Assembly: GCA_030430245.1 (NCBI GenBank)
Contig: JAUIFY010000002.1
Location: 2,659-66,658 of the forward strand
DNA: 64,000 nucleotides
Direction of reading: 5' to 3'
Source of the DNA: a bacterium
Lineage (GTDB): Bacteria; Desulfobacterota; Binatia; UBA12015
Shown: positions 8,590-15,786 of the stretch, in pieces
How the letters are laid out: each line of letters begins with the position of its first letter
How positions within the stretch are numbered: the first letter of the stretch is position 1
Translations under genes and position numbers: made by a program
Notes under the pieces: generated by a model
Databases searched by the model: none
What the model saw: only the letters and a program-made list of their open reading frames with translations
Told to the model about the DNA's origin: nothing

Positions 8590-11280
8590 ATGAAGCTGTC
8601 CAACCTGTTGCAGAGGACCTCCCTCTGCGGACTCGCCGTCGCGTTCGCGATGAGCGTGTTCGCGGCGGGCGAGGCCGACGCGGCGTGCCGCAACATCGGC
8701 CAGTCGTGCGGAACGACGGTGTCCGAGAACACGAGCGGCGACGGGAACAACTACAACCCGTCCTGCGACGGCGACGGCAACTGCTCGAACGACGTCGAGT
8801 GGTGGTTCCAGGCGCCGGTCGCGGGCACGTACACGTTCGACACGAGCTCCTCGAACTTCGACACCGTGCTCGCCCTCCACTCGGGGACGTGCGGCGGTGT
8901 GGGCGGCCAGATCGCGTGTAACGACGACGGCGGCACGGGGAATCGCTCGCGCATCACCACGTTCCTGTCCGCGGGACAGAGCGTCGTGGTCGTGGTCGAC
9001 GGCTTCAGCAACGACAGCTTCAGCTGGTTCGGCTCGACCTGCAGCGGGAGCAGCGGCAACGCGGTGCTCAGCATCTCCGGCCCGAGCGGCTGCCACATCT
9101 GCGGCAACGGCGTGGTCGAGGCACCGAACGAGGACTGCGAGACGGGCGCGTGCTGCAACGCGAGCTGCAAGTTCCACAACTCCTCCTTCATCTGCCGCTC
9201 GGGTTCCTCGGACGGATTCTGCGACCCGGCCGAGACCTGCACGGGCAGCAGCGCGAGCTGCCCGGGCAACTTCGTGCGCCCTTCGTCCACGGTGTGCCGC
9301 GCCGGCTCCGGCGACTTCTGCGACCCGACCGAGTTCTGCACGGGCGTCGCCGGGCAGTCCTGCCCCGGCAACTCGATCCAGTCGGCGGGCACGGTCTGCC
9401 GCGCCGGCTCGGGCGACCCGAACGGCTCGGGCTTCGTCTGTGACCCGGACGAGGTCTGCTCCGGCGTGACCGGCCAGGCCTGCCCCGCCGACAGCTTCGC
9501 GAGCGGCGGCACCGTCTGCAACCCGGGCTCGGGTGACTCCTGCGACCCGAACGAGACCTGCCCCGGCTCGGCCGGCGGCGCCTGCCCCGCCGACTCGTTC
9601 GCGAGCGCCGCGACCGTGTGTCGCGCCGGCTCGGGCGATCCGAACGGCTCGGGCTTCACCTGCGACCCGACCGAGTTCTGCCCGGGCTCGCCCGACGCGA
9701 CCTGCCCGAGCGACAGCATCTCGGCGGCCGGCACCGTCTGCAACGCGGGCGGCGGCGACCCGAACGGCTCGGGCTTCGTCTGTGACCCGAACGAGACGTG
9801 CTCGGGCCTCTCCCAGGATCCGTGCCCGGCCGATACGTTCTCGAGCGCCGGCACCGTGTGTAACCCCGGCTCGGGCGACATCTGCGACCCGGCCGAGGTC
9901 TGCTCTGGTGCGGCCGATACGGCCTGCCCGGCCGATGCGGTGGCGAGCGCAGCGACGGTGTGCCGCATGGGCTCCGGCACGCCGAACGGCGGCCTCGAGT
10001 GCGACCCGACCGAGCTCTGCACGGGCGCGGCCGACACTCCCTGCCCCGCCGACGCGGTCCTGCCCTCCGGCACGGTCTGCAACCCCGGCTCGGGCGACCC
10101 GAACGGCTCGGGCTTCACCTGTGACACCGACGAAGTGTGCTCCGGCTCGCTCCTCGATCCGTGCCCGGCCGACACGATCTCGCCGGCCGGCACGGTCTGC
10201 AACGCCGGCGACGGCGACCCGAACGGCGCGGGCTTCTTCTGCGATCCGGACGAGACCTGCTCCGGCAGCGCCGACGACCCCTGCCCGGCCGACACGATCT
10301 CGCCAGCCGGCACGGTCTGCAACGCCGGTTCCGGCGACCCGAACGGCTCGGGCTTCGTCTGTGACCCGGACGAGACCTGCTCCGGCATCGCCGAGGAAGG
10401 CTGCCCGGCCGACTCGTTCTCGAGCGCCGGCACCATCTGCAATCCAGGCTCGGGCGACCCGACCTTCTCCGGTGTGATCTGCGATCCGGACGAAGCGTGC
10501 TCGGGTTCGGCCGACGACCCCTGCCCGGCCGACAGCATCCTGCCGGCGGGTACGCTCTGCCGCATCGGCCTCTCCGAGTGCGACGCGAGTGAGTCCTGCT
10601 CGGGTGCGGCCGACGTTCCCTGCGATCTGAACGGCGACTACCCGGACGGCACGTCCTGCTACACGGGAACCGGCATCGCCGATCCGCACAACCCACCGCC
10701 GGCGGACGTCCCGCTGCCGTGTAACGACGGCGAGTGCATCTGTCAGGGCGGCCGTTGCGTCGGCCCCGGTCAGAACATGCTCGTTCTGGACAAGGCCAAG
10801 ATGAAGGTCTCGAAGGCCAGCAAGGACACCGGCAAGGTGGTTCTCGACGGCCTCATCGCGGACGAGGAGACCGAGCCCACGGTCTTCGGCGGCGACTTCC
10901 GGCAGCAGCTCCTCGCCGGCAACGTCGACATGTTCATCCGCGACGCGGCGGGCTTCAGCACCACCTTCACGATCGGTGGCTGCATCGAGATCCCGACCGG
11001 CACGATCATCAAGTGCCAGGACGGCAACATCAAGGCGACGTTCCGGCTGCAAGGCGCCGGTCCCGTCATCTACGACATGAAGATCAACCTGAAGAACCTG
11101 GCGATCAACGAGACCGGCGCGGGGGCACTCAGCCCGCCCGTCACGGCGGCGATCTTCCAGGGTTCGGATCCGTTCTACCGCGTCGAGCGCGTGGGTGATC
11201 TGGGCGTCGTCGCCGGCGTCTGCAAGGTCAGCGGATCCGGCAAGAGCATGAAGTGCAAGGAGCCAAAAGAGCTCAACTAG
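8590..11280 (+). CDS. Secreted cysteine-rich protein: N-terminal beta-sandwich-like domain, one disintegrin-like domain, 13 tandem CR..CD..E.C.G....CP.D units, and a shared C-terminal Lys-rich module
   Basis: ATG 8590 follows GGAGAG. The signal peptide is MKLSNLLQRTSLCGLAVAFAMSVFAAGEADA. The sequence CGNGVVEAPNEDCETGACCNASCKFHNSSFICRSGSSDGFCDPAETCTGSSASCPGN matches the disintegrin consensus as I remember it. GC3 is high throughout. Confidence 0.85.
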   Translation: MKLSNLLQRTSLCGLAVAFAMSVFAAGEADAACRNIGQSCGTTVSENTSGDGNNYNPSCDGDGNCSNDVEWWFQAPVAGTYTFDTSSSNFDTVLALHSGTCGGVGGQIACNDDGGTGNRSRITTFLSAGQSVVVVVDGFSNDSFSWFGSTCSGSSGNAVLSISGPSGCHICGNGVVEAPNEDCETGACCNASCKFHNSSFICRSGSSDGFCDPAETCTGSSASCPGNFVRPSSTVCRAGSGDFCDPTEFCTGVAGQSCPGNSIQSAGTVCRAGSGDPNGSGFVCDPDEVCSGVTGQACPADSFASGGTVCNPGSGDSCDPNETCPGSAGGACPADSFASAATVCRAGSGDPNGSGFTCDPTEFCPGSPDATCPSDSISAAGTVCNAGGGDPNGSGFVCDPNETCSGLSQDPCPADTFSSAGTVCNPGSGDICDPAEVCSGAADTACPADAVASAATVCRMGSGTPNGGLECDPTELCTGAADTPCPADAVLPSGTVCNPGSGDPNGSGFTCDTDEVCSGSLLDPCPADTISPAGTVCNAGDGDPNGAGFFCDPDETCSGSADDPCPADTISPAGTVCNAGSGDPNGSGFVCDPDETCSGIAEEGCPADSFSSAGTICNPGSGDPTFSGVICDPDEACSGSADDPCPADSILPAGTLCRIGLSECDASESCSGAADVPCDLNGDYPDGTSCYTGTGIADPHNPPPADVPLPCNDGECICQGGRCVGPGQNMLVLDKAKMKVSKASKDTGKVVLDGLIADEETEPTVFGGDFRQQLLAGNVDMFIRDAAGFSTTFTIGGCIEIPTGTIIKCQDGNIKATFRLQGAGPVIYDMKINLKNLAINETGAGALSPPVTAAIFQGSDPFYRVERVGDLGVVAGVCKVSGSGKSMKCKEPKELN
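9193..10659 (+). repeat. In-frame tandem coding repeat, 13 units of 34 or 40 aa (102/120 nt)
   Basis: The units read C[RN]xGSG(DPNGSGF)xCDPxExC[ST]Gxxxx(x)CPxDxxxxxGT[VIL], with 4 Cys per unit. The long units carry a DPNGSGF-type insert in the first loop. Confidence 0.9.
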
Positions 11281-11300
11281 CTCTCGAGGACATTGAAGAG

Positions 11301-11888
11301 ATGAAAACCAACAAGACATTCCTCGCACTCTCGACTGGTCTGGCCCTCGGCGCGCTCGTTCTCACGGGCGCGCCGGCCCAGGCCCAACCCCAGGGCCTCG
11401 ACATCAGCAAGGTGGCCCTCAACCTGGCGTTCCAACCGGGGCCCCTCACCCCCGGGCAGCTGAAGATCCGCGGTGTCGTGGACGACAACGACACCGAGGG
11501 CCTGATCGCGGACCTGCTGACCAACACGGTCACGGTGCAGATCCAGGACTCGAGCGGGTTCGACACCACGGCCACCCTCGGTGGGTGCGTTCAGAAGAAC
11601 GCCGCCGTCGTCTGCAACGACGACAGCTCGGGCTTCCGGGTCCGGGCGCACGTGAAGCGGTGGAAGAACCTGCCCGACGTGTGGCGCCTCAACGTTCGCG
11701 TGAAGGACCTGACCGAGGTCGAGACGGGCTTCGGTCCGCTCGCGGGTCCGGTCACCATCACCCTCTCCCACGGAGCCTCGGTGCGGGTCGACGTGATCGC
11801 CCAGGCCGGCGGCAACGAGGGAGACTGCAAGGTCAAGAAGAACGGAGCTCGGCTGCGCTGCAAGTCGAAGTCCAAGAAGAACAACTGA
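11301..11888 (+). CDS. Small secreted protein, stand-alone paralogue of the C-terminal module of the two flanking giant proteins
   Basis: 195 aa with signal peptide MKTNKTFLALSTGLALGALVLTGAPAQA. It starts 20 nt after the upstream stop. It is collinear by eye with residues ~730-896 of the 8590 protein (SSGFDTTATLGGCVQ vs AAGFSTTFTIGGCIE; CKVKKNGARLRCK vs CKVSGSGKSMKCK). Confidence 0.75.
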   Translation: MKTNKTFLALSTGLALGALVLTGAPAQAQPQGLDISKVALNLAFQPGPLTPGQLKIRGVVDDNDTEGLIADLLTNTVTVQIQDSSGFDTTATLGGCVQKNAAVVCNDDSSGFRVRAHVKRWKNLPDVWRLNVRVKDLTEVETGFGPLAGPVTITLSHGASVRVDVIAQAGGNEGDCKVKKNGARLRCKSKSKKNN

Positions 11889-11914
11889 CCTGACCGTTCC
11901 ACCTCCCGCTCTCA

Positions 11915-11968
11915 CGGCGGGGTTTCGGACTCCACTCTGGAGTACCGGAGCCCCGCCGTTTTTCTTTC
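11915..11968 (+). terminator. Rho-independent terminator after the 8590/11301 gene pair
   Basis: An 8-bp perfect G+C stem CGGCGGGG (11915-11922) pairs with CCCCGCCG (11951-11958). It encloses a partly self-paired 28-nt loop and is followed by TTTTTCTTTC. Confidence 0.7.
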
Positions 11969-12033
11969 AAAAGAACCTCGTCTCCCCCCCTCCGAAGGGC
12001 GTATAGTCGACTGTCCATCCGGGAGAGATTGCC

Positions 12034-15000
12034 ATGGCGAATGCGTTGAGATTCCTGTCGATCCTGGGCTTCCTCCTTGTGGGCCCGAGCGCCTCCGCCG
12101 AGGCCGCGTGGACGTTCACCGACGTCACGGCCGCGGCGCAGATCACGCACACGCACGGATGGACGGCCCCGTTTGGCGACGAGTACGTCCTGTGCGGCGG
12201 CGTGGCGTCGGGAGACTACGACGACGACGGCTGGATCGACCTCTTCGTCGTGCGCGGCGACGTGGGCCCGAACCTCCTGTACCGCAACAAGGGCGACGGG
12301 ACGTTCGAAGACAAGGCCGCGTTCGCCGAAGTCGACGACACGATGCTCGGTTGCGGCGCGACCTTCGCCGACTACGACGGCGATGGGGATCTGGACCTTC
12401 TCGTCACGGGCTTCGACGACGAGCCCTCGAAGTTCTACAGCAACGACGGCGACGGCACCTTCACCGACGTGAGCGCGAACTTCCCTCTCACGCGCAAGAA
12501 CAACCTCTCCGCCTCCTTCGCGGACTACGATCGCGACGGCGACCTCGACGCGTTCGTGACCCACTGGACCCTCCCGAAGATCTCGCACCGCACGGTGGAC
12601 GAGCACCTGTGGCGCAACGACTCCGGCACCTTCGTCGACGTCGGCCAGGCCGCCGGGATCACGGCGCATCCTCTGGACAGCGACACCGACAAGACGTTCA
12701 CGCCGAACTTCACCGACATCGACGACGACGGCTGGCTGGACCTCCTGCTCGTCGCCGACTTCGGCGACACCCAGGTCTTCGTGAACGACGGGGACGGCAC
12801 CTTCACCAACGTCACCAACCCCTCCGTGATCACCGACCAGAACGGAATGGGCTCGGCGATCTGCGACTACGACTTCGACGGCGACATGGACTGGTTCGTG
12901 ACCAGCATCTTCAACACGTCGACGGGCGGCAACGGAAACCGGATGTACCGCAACCAGGATGGTCTCGGGAACTTCTTCGAGGACCAGACGACGGCAACCG
13001 GAACGCGAGAGGGTTACTGGGGCTGGGGAGCGTCCTGCCAGGATTTCGACAACGACGGCGACGTCGACATCTTCCACGTGAACGGGTACGACAACGCCCC
13101 CTCGCAGAACGACCCTGCACGCCTCTTCGTCTCGAACGGCGCCGCCGTGTTCACCGAAGAGAGCGCGGCCCGGAACATCGACGACACCGGCCGCGGCCTC
13201 GGCGTCGTGTCGTTCGACTACGATCGAGACGGCGATCTCGACATCTTCATCACGAACAACCAGGCGGCTCCCAAGCTCTACCGCAACGACGGGCTCTCGC
13301 AGAACTACCTCACCGTGAAGCTCGACGGCCTCGCCCCCAACACGGAGTCCATCGGGTCCCGCGTGCTCGCCACCGTGGGCGGCACCACGATGGTGCGCGA
13401 GCTTCGCGCGGGCAACAACTTCATCTCGCAAGATCCCGCCGAAGCGCACTTCGGCCTCGCGAGCGCGACCCAGGTCGATACGCTCGAGGTTCGGTGGTTC
13501 AACGGCGGCTCGACGACGATGACGAACGTGCCTGCGAACCAGGTGCTGACGATCGTCGAGCCGACGAACACCTGCGGAGACGGGACCGTCGACGCGGGCG
13601 AGCAGTGCGACGAAGGCGCGCTCAACGGCGGCGCTTCCTGCTGCCAGGTGAACTGCCGGATTCGGCCCAGCGGCGCGACGTGCCGCGGTGAGGGCGGCCT
13701 CTGCGACGTCGCCGAGGTCTGCGACGGTGTCTCCACCACCTGCCCGGCGGACGGCTTCGCCACCGCGGGGACCGAATGCCGCGCGGTGGCCGACGTCTGC
13801 GACGTCGCCGAGACCTGCACGGGCGCGAGTGCGGCGTGCCCCACGGATGCCTTCGAGCCCGCGAGCACGGAGTGTCGCGCGTCCGCGGGTGTCTGTGACG
13901 TCGCCGACACGTGCACGGGAAGCGATGCCGCATGCCCGGTCGACGAGAAGAGCACCGCGGAGTGCCGGTCGGAGGCAGGACTCTGCGACGTCGCCGAAGT
14001 CTGCGACGGCGTGAACGACGACTGTCCAATCGACGGCTTCGCGCTTCCGGGAACCGAGTGCCGCGCCGCCGCGGGGATCTGCGATCTCGCCGAGCTCTGC
14101 GACGGCCTCGGCGCGACGTGTCCCGGCGACGCGAAGAGCACCGACGTCTGCCGGAACGCGGCCGACGTCTGCGACCTGGCGGAGTCCTGCGACGGCGTCG
14201 GCAACGATTGCCCGACCGACGGATTCGTCGCCGGCGGGACCGAGTGTCGCGCCACCGCCGGCGACTGCGACGTGGCCGAGGCCTGCACCGGCGCCTCCCC
14301 CTCGTGCCCGGCCGACGGATTCGTCGCCGGAGGCACCGAGTGCCGCCCCTCGGCGGCGATCTGCGACGTAGCGGAGGCCTGCACGGGCGCGTCGGCGACC
14401 TGCCCCGACAACGGCTTCCAGTCTGCCGGCACCGAATGCCGGGCCGCCGCCGACGTGTGTGACGCCGCCGAGACCTGCACGGGCGCGAGCCCCTCGTGCC
14501 CGGTCGACGGATTCCAGTCGGCGGGGACGGAGTGCCGCGCCGCAACCGACGCGTGCGACGCGGTCGAGACGTGCACGGGCGCCGGAATCGCCTGTCCCGC
14601 CGACGGCTTCCTCTCGGCCGGCACCGAGTGCCGCGCCGCGGCCGACGTCTGCGACGTCGCCGAGACCTGCTCCGGCTCGTCGTCGACCTGCCCCGCCGAT
14701 GGCTTCGCCAGCGCCTCGACCGAGTGTCGGGCCGCGGCCGGCGTCTGTGACCTCGCGGAGACCTGCACCGGCTCCGGCACGGCGTGTCCGAGCGACGCGA
14801 AGAGCACCGCCGAGTGCCGCGCGGCCGCCGGGGTCTGCGACCTCGCCGAGTCCTGCGACGGCGTCGGCAACGACTGCCCCGCCGACGTCCTCGACGGCGC
14901 CAGCGAGTGCCGTGCAGCGGCCGGCGTCTGCGACGTGGCCGAGAGCTGCAACGGCCTGAGCCCCGATTGCCCGACCGACCTCCTCGTACCCGCCGGCACC

Positions 15001-15732
15001 GAGTGCCGGAGCTCCGCCGAGGCGTGCGACGTGCCCGAGGACTGCGACGGCTTCGACTCGACCTGCCCCGTGGACACCGGACTTCCGGACGGAGACGCCG
15101 ACGGGACGTGCGATGCGCTCGACGTCTGCCCCGAGACCCCCGACCCGGCGCAGCTCGACGACGACGCGGACGGCCTCGGCAACGAGTGCGACGCGTGCAC
15201 CGCGCTCCAGGCCACCACCGTCACCGGCCCCAACCTGAAGCTGGTGAAGCTGACCCGGGGCGCCGGCGAGCAGCGGATGAAGCTCAAGGGCTACGTCACG
15301 CTGCCGCCTCCGATCACGCCCGCCCTCGACCCGACGACGCATGGGACCCGCTTCGTGATGGGCCCGCGGGACGACCCGCGCAACCCGGTCCTCGACGTCA
15401 CCATTCCGGGCGGGGCCTACGACAAGGTCACCAAGGAGGGTTGGGTCGCGAGCCCGACCGGCCTCGTCCACAAGTTCAAGAGCAAGGCGGGCGTCGAAGG
15501 CATCACGAAGATCCTGCTGAAGACGAAGGACCCCGGTGCCGGCCTCGTGCAATTCATCGTGGTCGCGAAAGACGCGGACTTCCCGTTCCTGGAATCGGAC
15601 CTTCCGCTCGCCCTCACCATGACGATCAACGACGTCGCGGGGCAGTGCGCCGAGTACGAGTTCGAGCTCGAGCCGCACGAGGACCCCGCTTGCCAAGCCA
15701 AGTCCGGAGGAGACAAGATCCTCTGCAAGTAG
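12034..15732 (+). CDS. Secreted FG-GAP/VCBS-repeat + ASPIC/UnbV (CRTAC1-type) protein fused to a 15-unit disintegrin-like cysteine array, TSP3-like Asp-rich repeats and the shared C-terminal module
   Basis: GGGAGAG lies upstream of ATG 12034. The signal peptide is MANALRFLSILGFLLVGPSASAEA. FG-GAP-type repeats are present (GDYDDDGWIDLFVV, ADYDGDGDLDLLVT, ADYDRDGDLDAFVT, CDYDFDGDMDWFVT, FDYDRDGDLDIFIT). An UnbV-like LEVRWFNGGSTTMTNV follows, then CGDGTVDAGEQCDEG...CCQVNCRIR and the repeats. Confidence 0.9.
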   Translation: MANALRFLSILGFLLVGPSASAEAAWTFTDVTAAAQITHTHGWTAPFGDEYVLCGGVASGDYDDDGWIDLFVVRGDVGPNLLYRNKGDGTFEDKAAFAEVDDTMLGCGATFADYDGDGDLDLLVTGFDDEPSKFYSNDGDGTFTDVSANFPLTRKNNLSASFADYDRDGDLDAFVTHWTLPKISHRTVDEHLWRNDSGTFVDVGQAAGITAHPLDSDTDKTFTPNFTDIDDDGWLDLLLVADFGDTQVFVNDGDGTFTNVTNPSVITDQNGMGSAICDYDFDGDMDWFVTSIFNTSTGGNGNRMYRNQDGLGNFFEDQTTATGTREGYWGWGASCQDFDNDGDVDIFHVNGYDNAPSQNDPARLFVSNGAAVFTEESAARNIDDTGRGLGVVSFDYDRDGDLDIFITNNQAAPKLYRNDGLSQNYLTVKLDGLAPNTESIGSRVLATVGGTTMVRELRAGNNFISQDPAEAHFGLASATQVDTLEVRWFNGGSTTMTNVPANQVLTIVEPTNTCGDGTVDAGEQCDEGALNGGASCCQVNCRIRPSGATCRGEGGLCDVAEVCDGVSTTCPADGFATAGTECRAVADVCDVAETCTGASAACPTDAFEPASTECRASAGVCDVADTCTGSDAACPVDEKSTAECRSEAGLCDVAEVCDGVNDDCPIDGFALPGTECRAAAGICDLAELCDGLGATCPGDAKSTDVCRNAADVCDLAESCDGVGNDCPTDGFVAGGTECRATAGDCDVAEACTGASPSCPADGFVAGGTECRPSAAICDVAEACTGASATCPDNGFQSAGTECRAAADVCDAAETCTGASPSCPVDGFQSAGTECRAATDACDAVETCTGAGIACPADGFLSAGTECRAAADVCDVAETCSGSSSTCPADGFASASTECRAAAGVCDLAETCTGSGTACPSDAKSTAECRAAAGVCDLAESCDGVGNDCPADVLDGASECRAAAGVCDVAESCNGLSPDCPTDLLVPAGTECRSSAEACDVPEDCDGFDSTCPVDTGLPDGDADGTCDALDVCPETPDPAQLDDDADGLGNECDACTALQATTVTGPNLKLVKLTRGAGEQRMKLKGYVTLPPPITPALDPTTHGTRFVMGPRDDPRNPVLDVTIPGGAYDKVTKEGWVASPTGLVHKFKSKAGVEGITKILLKTKDPGAGLVQFIVVAKDADFPFLESDLPLALTMTINDVAGQCAEYEFELEPHEDPACQAKSGGDKILCK
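13681..15075 (+). repeat. In-frame tandem coding repeat, 15 units of 30-32 aa (90-96 nt)
   Basis: The units read CRxxAxxCDxAExCxGxxxxCPxDxxxxxGTE, with 4 Cys per unit. There are two variants: the long GF(x)4GTE tail and the short AKST(A/D)E tail. Confidence 0.9.
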
Positions 15733-15786
15733 ACGCTCCGGTCGCCGATCGGGGTGCGACGAGGTGGCCGGCACGCCGGCCCGTTC

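Noticed and set aside
9193-15075. Regular ~100-120-nt and ~90-96-nt DNA periodicity that could be mistaken for a CRISPR array or satellite.
   Set aside because: The repeats are in frame within two long CDSs. There are no unique spacers and no cas genes. The units encode a conserved 4-Cys protein motif.
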